DNA from: Anthoceros angustus
Taxonomy: Eukaryota; Plantae; Anthocerotophyta
Length of the DNA: 64,000 bases
Assembly (NCBI GenBank): GCA_010909165.1
Contig: VJWM01000305.1
Coordinates: forward strand, 1-64,000
Reading direction: 5' to 3'
Part shown: piece by piece, positions 9,175 to 21,690 of the stretch
Position numbering within the stretch: the first letter of the stretch is position 1
How the letters are laid out: every line of letters begins with the position of its first letter
Notes under the pieces: model-generated
The model's input: only the letters and a program-made list of their open reading frames with translations
Told to the model about the DNA's origin: nothing
Database searches by the model: none
Made by a program: the position numbers and the translations under genes

Positions 9175-11410
9175 GGCGCGTGTGCGGCGCGTTGCTGTAT
9201 GGGGCCTTGGGCAGCTTGAGGTGTGGCGGCGCCTTCTGTGTGAGGCCGTCTCTTCAAGTTTCGAGTTGTGGCCTCCTGCGGGCACTGACCACTTTTATAA
9301 GTCACCCAAGGGTTAGAAAAGTAACTACCATTCTATCCTGCCCTTGGATGTGTGCCACGTGGCCCTTTCCCACCATTGATGTTAGTTTCCTAATTTCCTT
9401 ATACTAAAATACCATTTCCCTATTTTTCTAATTTCTAATTACGAAAATTAGCCTCTAATTTCTTAATTACCTATTTTGGCCTATTTATCTAGTCCACTAA
9501 AAGACTCTATATATAGCAAGCCTATCCTGCCTAAAACATAAGCTACTTTCCTTAGAAACCTATCTCCTGGTGGTAGGACATCCTCCTACCATGGTAGGCG
9601 TTTTCCCTTTCTCCTACCACGGTAGGAGTTTCTCCTACGGTGGGATACCTTCCTACCCTCTCCTACCATGGTAGGAGCTATTCCTAGGTGATCAAAACAC
9701 TAGCGGTCATCCTCCTACGGTGGTAGGATCTCTCCTACCCTCGTCTACCATGGTAGGAGTTTCTCCTACGGTGGTAGGACACCTCCTACCACTCATGTAG
9801 GTTACCTTTCTCCTCACCGGAGGTCGTTTTGACCCGTTTCTTTTCCATATCCTCTCTGCCTTCCGACATGGTCCTACAACTCCGCTCAAAAGGAGCAAAA
9901 ATTTCCTTGCATGTCTTCACCAAACCATTTCTAGCAAAAGTGTGGGCTGTTCAAAGCAAACTCATTTAAGCTTGTTGCCCAAACTTTTGCGTTCCACATA
10001 CTCCCCTCCTCACTGTTTGCGTCCTCGCAAACAACGGAACTCAGTGAAGGTACTTCTTAACCTTCCACCCATTCACTCTAGTTGGCGAAATCCCCATCCG
10101 GCTGCGTGGTTGCGGATCCATTCTCATACTGCCACCTCATAAGGTCCCATCCATCTCAATCTAAGCTTCCACAGGAAGTCCATATATCGGCTATCATATA
10201 GAAGAACCAAATCCCGCCATGATAGCTTCTTGCTTCCTCAACTTCCCATCATGCCTATCCTTTCTAAGCTCCTGAATTATTTGAGTTTCTTCTAAAGCAT
10301 CTTCCCTCGTTCCTCATGCTCTATGAAAGACTCTAGTCTAGCTACGGCTATCTTCTGATCATCGCTCATCCTCCATGATTCTATAGGTAGGTACTTCAAA
10401 TTCTCACAGCATCACGGAGACATGCCATATGTTAAATAATAAGGGGTCTTCTTGGTTGTCACCTTCTCTGCATCACCGTAAGCCCCCATAGCGAATGTAG
10501 CTTAGTGTCCCAATCATACATGTGAGTCACGATTACCTTGGTCAAGATTGTACACAACAGCCCATTCGTTTTCTCCGTCAAACCATTCGCTTTGGGATTG
10601 TAAGGAGTTGTCTTTCGATGCCGAATGTTGAAGTAGGTGGTGAGTCTCGATCACGAGTTGAGAAATGAGTTCCCATCAGACCAACTCAAAAGGACATCCA
10701 TACCTCGTTATAATGTTCTCAAGAGAAACTTGCTCTGCGGTCGTCGTCCTTCTTGTTGCTTGACCTCCACCATCTTTGTACAATAGTCCGTAGCCACCAA
10801 GATATATTGCTTCCTTGTCCATTGTGTGGGTGGCTTGATTGGACCTACAAAATCTATACCCACTTCTCAAATGGTGCCAAAGGTAGTATGTAGGTGAGAG
10901 GCCCTTTGTGTTGACAAAGTGGGCCTTCCAACCCTCGACACGCATCACACCTCCTAATAAATTCCCACATCCCTCGCATTGTAGCCACCAGCACATCCAA
11001 GACCTTCTTCACGGTGATTTGCGTCGAATAATGACCACCAGCCTCTTACGCATGTAAAACACATGACCAAAAGCGCTTCTCTAATTTCCGGACATCGCGA
11101 ATCTTCTCTCGGACCAAGCTTGTACAAGACCCCATCCGTAGGCAATAAGGGGCTGTCTTGTGGAAAAACAGCTCGCCCTCCCTAGACAAACCATCGGGCA
11201 TGATTCCATGCTCTAGAAAATTTCGTACCTCACCATTCAGAGATACCTTGGGCATGAACGCCCCTCACGTTCAATCTCCTCCTTCCACGCATACCACGTC
11301 GCCTCCTGCCAGCTCGCCAGCAGCCCCAGCGGCGTTGTTCCATCCACAAATCCAGTTTCTCCCGCTTTGTCCATCTTTGCAAGTTTTGAGCTGCGGCCTT
11401 TGCATGCTCC
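9175..11410 (-). repeat. ~2.2 kb tandem duplicate of 6935-9175 (promoter region, palindrome array, integrase)
   Basis: Collinear near-identity; junction at ctcctcctc microhomology; ORFs 8434-8751 and 10676-10996 are almost identical. Confidence 0.85.
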
Positions 11411-12109
11411 TCCTCCAACAACGTTCGGTTCTTCCATTCCTGCTGGTCTAGCCTCGTGTCCAGGTCCAGCTCGTGCTCCCATGGCGACCTCCTCGCTGTT
11501 TGCACCCCATGGCCACCTCATGAGTGATTTCCCATGAATCGCCATTTTCTTCTCCTGCCGTTTTGCTCAAGCTTCATGGGATGCATCTCCTTCCTCGCCC
11601 TCTGGCGCACCTACCTCCCTAGGGCCTTCTCCTCCTCGGCCCCATGGCGCCTGGCTTGACCTCGCCAAGTGGGGCGCCTTTTCTTTTCCCAGCGCTCCCA
11701 TATCCGTTTTGCTCAAGCTTCATGGGATGCATCTCCTTCCTCGCCCTCTGGCGCACCTACCTCCCTAGGGCCTTCTCCTCCTCGGCCCCATGGCGCAGCC
11801 GACCTCGCCAAGTGGGGGCGCCTTTTCTTTTGCACGGCGCTCCCATGTCCGTTTCTTCTTTCTTTTGCCAACGCTGGCCTCCACTTGCAGCCTCCTGACT
11901 GCTCACCCTTGAGGAGCATTCCAGCCTCCTCCTCGCGCCCATACTGGCGCCCTTTTATCCCTCTCGGTTCCAGTTGTCTGCTGCGGCCTTTCACGCACTG
12001 GCGCTCCCTTCTTGCTCATTTGACCTCTCTGCTGGCAACAAGGCTTGCTGATCAATGCTTAGGCCGTCCACAACATGCTCACGTCCTCCCCCTTCGACCC
12101 AGGCCGTGG

Positions 12110-13520
12110 CAACCAACTCCTCGTCAGGAAATCGGTCATCTGTGGCTTCAAGTCGCTCTCCAGTTTTCAGACGAGAAATGAAATCAGCATTCTGATGCTG
12201 CTTCCCTGGCCTAGTTTCTACGTCATAATCAAACTCTTGCAGCAGTAGTACCCACCTGGCAATCCTTCCTGACAAATCTGGCTTGTTTACAAGGTACTTC
12301 AACGCAAAATGGTCAACATGAAACGTCACTTTGCAAGCAAGCAGATAGTGTCTAAACTTCTTACAGGAGTAAATGATACCAAGACCCTCTCGCTCTGTGG
12401 TTGAGTAGTTCTTCTCGTCCTTCGGCTTAAGATGGTCCGTTTCTTCTCGGCATAGAAAATCGGATGGTCCCGTTTCTTCTCGTCCTTCTGGCTTAAGATG
12501 GTCCCAATGGCATAAGCGGACACATCCACGTATACATGAAACGGTTTCTCCCAATCTGGCGGCTGTAACGTGGGTGCGCTCACCAGGCTGTCCTTCAGCT
12601 GCTGAAAAGCCTCCTGTCTTGCAGCCGTCCATTCGAAAGGTGTATCCTTCTTGGTCAATTGGGTCAGCAAGGCTGCCTTCTTAGCAAAATCCTTGATGAA
12701 CCTCCTGTAATATCCTACCAGTCCTACAAAGGCACGCACCTGCCTCACCGTTTGGGGTGCGTCCATCTCAGCTATAACTGCCACCTTCTCCTTATCTACT
12801 ACTGCAATCCTCTTGAAACTCGATGTGCCAACAAAATACCTTCCGTCATGCCAAAATAACACTTCCACGGATGAAGCTTCATGTTGGACTCCTGCACGAA
12901 AACATTGTCTTAGGTGTCTAGGTGCTTCGCCAAACGCAAAAATCATCCGAAATACCTCCATGAACTTCCAAAATCTCGGAAGATAGCATTCACCACCGAA
13001 AAGTGGCGGGGCGTTGCACAAGCGAAGGTAGCTTGGAATAAGCGTAAGTGCCCCAATCGGTTGTGAGCGTAGTCTTGTCTGGTCCTCCTCCTCAGCAATC
13101 GGTTGTGAGCGTAGTCTTGTCTGGTCCTCCTCCTCAGCGATTGTAACCAGTACCCATCTAAGCTCATTTCATGGCCAGCCACCGTGTCGAGCCTGTCCAT
13201 GAAAGGCAAGGTGGTGGTCCTTCTTCGTTGCTTCATTAAACTTCACGAAATCGACACCATTACCTTCCTGTTGCTTCTTAGGTACAATTACAATGGGCGA
13301 CCCACTCCTTTGGTAAGCCGGATAAATCACCCGGCTTCCAAGTATTGGTCGGTGATCCTTGGCGACCATAGAATACTTGGGATTCCTGTGCTTGATCCTT
13401 ACAGTCTTGCCCTCCTTCAAATCGATTCGGTGTATCCCCAATTCTTGAATTCTGTCATGTCGGTAATCTTGAAGGCAAACACATCGACATATTCTCTAAG
13501 GACCCTCGAAATTCTTCTTT
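12110..13520 (-). pseudogene. pol: Gypsy reverse transcriptase and RNase H
   Basis: LREYVDVFAFKITDM...HRIDL; SPIVIVPKK; MEVFxDDF catalytic motif near 12950; VRQVRAFVGLVGYYRRFIKDFAKKAALLTQLTKKD; PDWEKPFHVYVDVSAYAIG; NYSTTEREGLGIIYSCKKFRHYL; RIARWVLLLQEFDY. Confidence 0.92.
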
Positions 13521-14439
13521 TCTACCACTCCTAGATGCAGAGATCTTGACCACCTTGCGGGTTCTAGCTCCAAGTCCTCTCTGCGTGCGGATCTACATAA
13601 GTCCCTTGGTGCTACACTATTCCACGATCCTTCGTCGGAAATCGCGATCATAGGCTCTACCCTTCGAGGCTACTCCTTCTCTATGTGCCTCGTCCTCGGC
13701 TCCTCCTCTCGACACCATCTACTTGTGGCGGTGTACACCAACTCAGTTTATTTGACCTCGAGGGTCCTCGTAGCTCGGTCACCGAAGAGCTCACCCCGTA
13801 CTACGAGGTGTACCCATGATCGGACTCCCCTTCATAGGGTGCCTTGCTCCATGACACAGCGACCTCGGCGGGCCCTACCCTACATGACTTAAATGTAATG
13901 CCGCGACCAAAATCAAAGACACAAGCGACCATAGAATACTTGGGATTCAGCCTAGCTTGATCCTTACAGTCTGCCCTCCTTCAAATCGATTGATGTATCC
14001 CCAATTCTTGAATTCTGTCATGTCGGTAATCTTGAAGGCAAACACATCGACATATTCTCTAAGGACCCTCGAAATTCTTCTTTTCTACCACTCCTAGATG
14101 CACAGATCTTGACCACCTTGCGGGTTCTAGCTCAAGTCCTCTCTGCGGATCTACATAAGTCCCTTGGGGCTACTATTCACGATCCTTCGTCGGAAATCGC
14201 GATCATAGGCTCTACCCTTCGAGGCTACTCCTTCTCTATGTGCCTCGTCCTCGGCTCCTCCTCGACACCATCTACTTGTGGCGGTGTACACCAACTCGAT
14301 TTTATTTGACCTCAGCGGGGTCCTCGTAGCTCGGTCATGAAGAGCTCACCCCGTACTACGAGGTGTACCCATCTTTCGGACTCCCCTTCATAGGGTGCCT
14401 TGCTCCATGACACAAGCGACCTCGTGAGGCCCTACCCTA

Positions 14440-14780
14440 CATGACTTAAATGTAATGCCTCAAAATCAAAGACACAAGCGGTACCATACAACCAAGGCAC
14501 GCCTATCAAAACCTTGTAGCCTAGATCGACCGGCCTCATGACAATGTAGGTAAGATGGAATGTGAGACCACCAATCACGGTTGGCACATTTCTCGGCACC
14601 CCAAAGGTTTCCTCCTTGTTTGATCGCCATCCTCAAGAACACTCGGATTGGGTTAAACTTGGTGAAACCAAGGCGATGGGCTGTCTCCTCTGTCATCAAG
14701 TTGACTCGAACCCGAATCTAATGGCACATTAGGCACCAAGCACTGCAATCTCAATTTCAATCTCTGGCGCTCCCAAATCA
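14440..14780 (-). pseudogene. pol: Gypsy aspartic protease (duplicated at ~15560-15890)
   Basis: PLDSGSGVNLMTEETAHRLGF with the catalytic D near 14717; C-terminal IGGLTFHLTYIVM...VLIGRPWL seen in copy 34327-34647. Confidence 0.8.
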
Positions 14781-16249
14781 ACAAGTTCAACCACATTTAC
14801 CTCCGGCCTCCTTCGTCCCCATGGGTTCGAGGATCCCCTAATCGCTTCCTTCACAATTTTGCGGGATCTTGGACTCACATAACAATTGTCTCAAGTGACC
14901 ACAAATTCTCGGTCAAGCAATGCATCGTGGCGGAGATCTTGTCGGCAATGTTTCCTCCCGTTTGCAGCCACGATGCTGGTCGGCTCCGACCTTATTGGTA
15001 AACTCCTCACACTCTTGGTCCCTTGGTGGGACTCCATGATCAGATTGTCAATTTAGCTCAGCCTCTTCTTCCATCTTCGCATGTTGGGTGAGCCTCCTTA
15101 GCTCATCCTCCAACATTCGCCACTTCCTTCATGTCGGTAATCTTGAAGGCAAACACATCGACATATTCTCTAAGGACCCTCGAAATTCTTCTTTTCTACC
15201 ACTCCTAGATGCAGAGATCTTGACCACCTTGCGGGTTCTAGCTCCAAGTCCTCTCTGCGTGCGGATCTACATAAGTCCCTTGGTGCTACACTATTCCACG
15301 ATCCTTCGTCGGAAATCGCGATCATAGGCTCTACCCTTCGAGGCTACTCCTTCTCTATGTGCCTCGTCCTCGGCTCCTCCTCGACACCATCTACTTGTGG
15401 CGGTGTACACCAACTCAGTTTTATTCGCCACCTCAGCGGGGTCCTCGTAGCTCGGTCACCCGAAGAGCTCACCCCGTACTACGAGGTGTACCCATCGTGG
15501 GCGGACTCCCCTTCATAGGGTGCCTTGCTCCATGACACAAGCGACCTCGTGAGGCCCTACCCTACATGACTTAAATGTAATGCACTGCGGCCAAATCAAA
15601 GACACAAGCGGTACCATACAACCAAGGCGCCTATCAAAACCTTGTAGCCTAGATCGACCGGCCTCATGACAATGTAGGTAAGATGGAATGTGAGACCACC
15701 AATCACGGTTGGCACATTTCTCGGCACCCCAAAGGTTTCCTCCTTGTTTGATCGCCATCCTCAAGAACACTCGGATTGGGTTAAACTTGGTGAAACCAAG
15801 GCGATGGGCTGTCTCCTCTGTCATCAAGTTGACTCGAACCCGAATCTAATGGCACATTAGGCACCAAGCACTGCAATCTCAATTTCAATCTCTGGCGCTC
15901 CCAAATCAACAAGTTCAACCACATTTACCTCCGGCCTCCTTCGTCCCCATGGGTTGAGGATCCCCTAATCGCTTCCTTCACAATTTTGCGGGATCTTGGA
16001 CTCACATAACAATTGTCTCAAGTGACCACAAATTCTCGGTCAAGCAATGCATCGTGGCGGAGATCTTGTCGGCAATGTTTCCTCCCGTTTGCAGCCACGA
16101 TGCTGGTCGGCTCCGACCTTATTGGTAAACTCCTCACACTCTTGGTCCCTTGGTGGGACTCCATGATCAGATTGTCAATTTAGCTCAGCCTCTTCTTCCA
16201 TCTTCGCATGTTGGGTGAGCCTCCTTAGCTCATCCTCCAACATTCGCCA

Positions 16250-18590
16250 CTTCCTTCGATGTCGGGAAACACCCTTCCTCCCCTCTTCCGCTTGTGGGTG
16301 GGTCACTCCCTCCCTCCTACCATGGTAGGTTCGCCTCCTACCACCGTGGCGTTCCTCCTACCATGGTAGGAGCATCTCCACGGTGGCGTCTTATGGACCT
16401 CTTCATTTCCTCCTCCTCTACCAAATTCCGACCCCCACGAGTCTCAGGCCAAGGTGAGTCGTCCCTCACCTTCCTTTTCTTCCGTTCCTCTCGTTCACGC
16501 TTTCCGGATTTTCGGTCTTTCTCTCGCTCGGATCTGGTGGTAACTTTGGCCACCAACAGCCCTTCATCTGCACTCATCTCTCCTTCATACCCTTCTTCTA
16601 CAATCCACGAATACACTGGATTCATCAAGAAAATCGCTTCCACCTTCAAAGCCGTTGTGGTCACGTGATTGCGGTTTGTTGGACGGCGTTCCTTCCGCTG
16701 AGCTCTGTGAACCTCACCCCTGGGCGTCTTGAGGCTACCCTTGCTACTCCACGACACCTTGGGTCACCAACCTTGTGCCCCAACTCCTTGCATACTTGAC
16801 AAAAGGTACATAACCCATTTGTTTCCGAGGTTACGGGCATTCATTGAATAATGACCAGGTGTCCCACAATTATGTGACACCGGTGGAATTGCCATTGGCC
16901 TTTGGACTCCGGTCTCCATGGTCCCGGTGAGGTAGGCGTGACCCATACCTCCGGCCGGTCTTGCGGGTTGGTAAGTCGCCCTCATCGATTGAGGCGGGCG
17001 ACTTCCGATGCTGCACTTGGTAAGCCTCATCCACGTACCAATAATCACCGGGCATGGATTCCACGTGATTCACGGCATGCGTGCTCGGATACATTCCGGT
17101 TGGTGTGTCGGTTTGATGACAAATTGAGCAATACACCAAGCTGTCTTGCGGTGAGGTGACCTCGTGGAGCTTGATTTTCACAGCCTTGACCTCCAATTCA
17201 TCAATCTTTTGTCAAAGCCTCCACTTGCCGCAATCCCTCCTCCTGCGGTGGGCGTCTCCTTCTCCATCCGTCGAACCGTCTTCCCTTCCTCTCCTTCTCC
17301 GGCGCGTTCAGCTTCCTCCTGCCTCTTCTTAACCTTCTCCAAGTCCTTCCTCATCGTCGTTCATAGGCTTTCTCGGATTCTTCATCAGGCGTGGAGCTCT
17401 CTTGGGTACCACTCTCCTCACTTGCGAAGAAGAAGATGGGGACGAGCTGGAAGAGGAAGAAGAAGAAGAAGAGCTAGACCTCCTGGACCCCTTCCTCTTC
17501 TTATGACTCCTTCTCTTTTCCTCCTTCTTCCTAGCTCGATTCCACTCCTCGCTAATCGGATTGCTCCAATGTCTTAGTCCCTACGCAATGTACCTCCATC
17601 TTTCGAGATAGTCCACTCACAAACCAGTCCAACGCTTGCTCTTGTGAGTATCACGATGTGGGTGGATTTCCGGGCATCACGGCACACTTGACTCGATCGA
17701 GGTAGCCATAGAACCTCTCAACATAATCAAACAAGGACTCCCTCTTCTTCCTAGAGTTCTCAATTTTGCCGGTGTGGTGGCGTGGCGAGACCCGAAATCG
17801 ATTGAGGCGGCCTTCAAAGTCCCAATCCACAGGCGCACTTGCCCGTAAGTTCGGGTACCAGCCTGGGCATGCCCCTCAGCAACCCGGAAGATCGCGATCG
17901 ATCGGGCCGTATCCTCCAGTTAGCATGAGAAACATGCTCAAAGTGCGCTAAGCGCCTGCGTCGTCGCCCTTCCTCTTTTCCCCAAACTTGACATCTGCTG
18001 GCGGTGGGGTTGTGGCAAGCCCCTCCTACCGATTCCACTCATGATCCCTAGTCCGGATGAGCTCGGCGTGCTTGCGCCCCCTCCTCTTCTGCGGGTAAGT
18101 TATCCAACCAAAGTTCTCTGCGAAGGGTGTTGCACAAAATTTGGGCGCTGTGGGATGGCGTCTCCCTAGGCGTTCGTCCCAAGATGGTGAGCTGGGCGTG
18201 ATCCTATCAAGGCGCTCCATAAGATCCTCGACCGACTGAATTTCTCCACGCTCACCCTTCCTTCTTCACTTCTGTTTCGCTAGAGGTTGAGCTAGACCCG
18301 TCACTTCTGAAGGTCCAGCGTTGAGGAGGCCCAGTGCTGGTAGCTGAACTTGAATCGCGCTCCAGAAATGGTGCTTCCTCCTCGCTTTCCTCTTCACACA
18401 CTAACTCCTCTTCAACCACCTCCTTTACTTCAGTGTCGGTGATTTCGACGTCCCCTTCTCCAGAAGCGTTTTCTGCTGGATCACTTGGCTCCCCCTTGTA
18501 GGCAAGGGCAAAAACGGCCTCCTCCTCAAGCGCCCTTAGCTCTTCCTCCTCCTGGAGCCGTGCAACCACACTGCGTTTTCCTCCCTCCAT
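16250..18590 (-). pseudogene. gag: Gypsy gag with acidic N-terminal extension and two zinc-knuckle-like motifs
   Basis: Immediately downstream of the PBS; fragments YCSICHQT and HNCGTPGHYSMN(C); E-rich ORF 18252-18590; continues into the gag-PR linker. Confidence 0.7.
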
Positions 18591-18917
18591 TGATTTCTTC
18601 TTGCAGCTCTTAGATCTCTTGCGATGTGGTGGGGTGACCTCCTATGGTTTCTCCTCTCCCCTCCCTCGCTAGTCATCTGCAAGCATCCTCATAGCCTCCA
18701 AAACACGGTTGTTAAAGAAAAATCAGCCAACCGCCATGCGCCATTCTTCTGCGGGAACACAAAAATCACACCATTCGGAGGCGTGGAGCTCCTCCTTCAC
18801 AACACAGGTTCCAGGACGTGTAGGCCTCTTCCTAGACCCCGCTCACCTCCTTACAAGATCCTCTCGGCTCATCGCAAGCTAGCGAAAATCTCAAAATTTC
18901 AATTTGTTTAGCCACAA

Positions 18918-18933
18918 GTCCCCAGCGGCGCCA
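18918..18933 (-). other. Primer binding site, tRNA-Asp-like
   Basis: Minus strand reads CA|TTTT-TGGCGCCGCTGGGGAC, close to the Athila-type PBS TGGCGCCGTTGCCGGGGA. Confidence 0.7.
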
Positions 18934-18937
18934 AAAA

Positions 18938-19952
18938 TGTGGGAGGCAGATCCGGGGCTCCGAGATGCACCCTCTAGCGGCCACACTTATCCCCGTCGTT
19001 TCGTCGTTGGGTTTCGTCCCATGAGACTTGGGAGCAGTCGAATCTTGAAATCCGTCACTACACTACACACTACCTCAGCCTTCTAAACAAGCAAGGCGCC
19101 CTCTCACGCTCCCTCTACAGCCTCCTCCTCAAGCGCCCTTAGCTCTTCCTCTTCAACCACCTCAACCTACAACGACACCACACAATTGCAGTTCGTCTTA
19201 ACAAGGTGTCTATCACGGGCGCCAGGACCCCGACCCAACCGTCCCTACTCCTAAGACACTCTTCTCCACAGGGCGCCCTCTTACTTGCAGTTGGGATTCG
19301 TCCCTTAGGCTCTGCACTGTGGCCTTAGTTTTCCTACACTCTAATCCTCCTCACAACTCTCTCAATCAACAACGCCCTCTTCTTCTCTACTCATCTACCC
19401 TTCCTTCCTCCACAATCTCCTACTCTAACACCAATTCTGGCTCATTAATTCCAACTCGCCCTTCACTGGCACTGGGGTCAAATCGTGAGTTCTTCCTTGG
19501 GCGGTTGCTATGTGGTTTGCAGACAGCGAGAACCTCCGAGTCTTTCCTGCGTCTACCCTCAAGCCGAGAGTTCCTTGAGCATCGCCACACACTCAAAGCA
19601 AAACAATTCACACAACAACCATTCACAAGGGGAGCTAGCGCTGCAAAGAGCAAGCCCTCCACCCGGCACTCCGACCGCGCGTTCTCCTCTCTACGGACCT
19701 GCGTTGGCTTGCGGCCGAAATTCACACAAAGTGAAGGACTCGGGAGGATGGGAGCGCAAGACACGATAATTTTACTTCACAAGCTCCTCCTTTTATAGGG
19801 AGGTCCTCACATCTGACCTCCCCGCCCTCACAGCCTTTGCCTCCTCCTTATTTTAGTGTATCCTATTGACTTTAAGTTCGACATCCAAGCATCTTGGGTA
19901 AAATTCTATTCTAGCAAATTCACCTATGTGAGCCTTAATGGCTCTGTCAACA
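18938..19952 (-). repeat. Central LTR: 5' LTR of element 1 and 3' LTR of element 2
   Basis: Direct repeat of 2592-3610. PBS on its left; on its right the same PPT/3' region sequence that follows the first LTR. Confidence 0.85.
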
Positions 19953-21420
19953 TTCCTATCTAGCTAGTCAACACACTCTCTTGGGCGACAAGCATTAATG
20001 CTGTCCTCCTCTAAAGAAAAGTCTTCCCAAGTGGCATCTTGCCCCATGTCTTCAAGCTAATTTAAGGACTTCTTATGAATCCCTTCCTTATCTTGATGCC
20101 TATCTTGAGTTCCTTCCTCCAATAAAATAGCCGGGCTCTCTTAGCCTGGCTCATCCTCCTTCTCCTCTTCCTCTCACTTGTGGAGCAAGTGAGCTCCTTG
20201 CACCCATGTTGGGAGGTTGGTCTTCTCCTTGTGATTCTTGCTCCATTCTGCAAGATCAACCCCTCTTCCTTCTTTCTGCAAGGGCCAAGGTACTCGCCTC
20301 CCTTGCCGTCAAATCCATGCTAGCGACCTTTGAATCCTGCTTCTTCCGGCCCTCCTACCATGGTAGGACCTTCTCCTACCAGTAGGAGTCCTCCTACCAC
20401 GGTAGGAGTTCCTTCTTCTTCCTTACCCCTTCACAGGTGATTCTCTCCACAGCCTTTGCCTTGCTCATGGGATCTTACATCCCTTGCTTCTCCACAGCGT
20501 TCTCCTTGCTTGCGAAGTTTCTTCACCCATTGCTTGGGACACTCTCCAAGTCTAAGGCTTCCGGTTGGACTTGCATGAGGGCCTCCCTATCATCGTCATG
20601 AGGTCCCAACATCCTCCTTTCAGCAAGTCGCAACTCGTTAGTGGCCTTGAGCACCTTGTTGTGAAGATGGGCTGCAAATCGTTGTTGTGCCATCTCAATT
20701 CTTCGTAATCCTCAAGCCATACTCCATGCTCACACTTGCTTTTGTAAGCATCTCGCTCCAAGGCCAGCTCACGGTCTTGACATGGAGAGCCACATTCTCC
20801 GTCCTCTCATTACTGCGGTTGGCGGATCAATCTCTCTTGTAGGGCATAATCGGCCGAAATCTACGCTCCCTCACCGCCAACATATGCTGCCTCATGACGG
20901 CCTTTCTCCTTTGCCATTTCTTCCTCCAACTCCCCTATCCTCCTAGGAGTTGTGCATTCTCCGTTCTTTGGACTTCGTTCCATTTCCAATCTTTGGACAA
21001 AATGTGTCCGTTCTTCCAGCTCTTCTTCCTTCAATTCCAGCCTCGTGATTTCTCCCAGCTCCTTTTCCATGTCACTAATCTTCACGGCTGTGGCTATGAC
21101 CGCTCATGTCGCCTACTTGCCTTTGTCTTGTCCTCATTTCTTTGCGATTGCTCTCGTCTTGACCTTTCCTCCATTAGCAGCACTTGCTTGTCTTCCTTCT
21201 TTTCCATGTGCACCATGTGAGCAAGTTGCTCCACCTTCTCCTCTCGAGCTGCCAATTGCTTGGTAAGAGCCTTGTTCTCCGAATATGATTGTTTGCCTCC
21301 TGGCCTTGTTTCAAGACTCTTTTCCAAGTGCTCCACTTGAGCTTCCATCCTCATAACATCCTCCACCTGGGTTTCGCTCGCCTACCCGCAATTTCCCTTG
21401 CTTGGTAGGTCCTTGTCTTC

Positions 21421-21690
21421 TCCTCTCTACGGACCTGCGTTGGCTTGCGGCCGCGAAATTCACACAAAGTGAAGGACTCGGGAGGATGGGAGCGCAAGAC
21501 ACGATAATTTTACTTCACAAGCTCCCTCCTTTTATAGGGAGGTCCTCACATCTGACCTCACAGCGCGCCCTCCGGCCTTACTCCTTATTTTAGTGTATCC
21601 TAGTCGACTTTAAGTTCGACATCCAAGCATCTTGGGTAAAATTCTATTCTAGCAAATTCACCTATGTGAGCCTTAATGGCTCTGTCAACA
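21421..21690 (-). repeat. Partial LTR copy starting a ~1.7 kb duplication (21421-23110 repeats ~19685-21420)
   Basis: Sequence from tcctctctacggacctgcg to ctgtcaaca matches 19685-19952, then repeats the 3' region. Confidence 0.8.

Larger units (their letters stand above)
2592..19952 (-). mobile_element. Ty3/gypsy LTR retrotransposon, Athila-like non-chromovirus, with an extra 3' gene (element 1)
   Basis: Two direct LTRs, an Asp-tRNA-like PBS, and the order gag-PR-RT-RH-INT on the minus strand, followed by ~3.4 kb with coding potential before the 3' LTR. Length is inflated by internal duplications. Confidence 0.9.
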
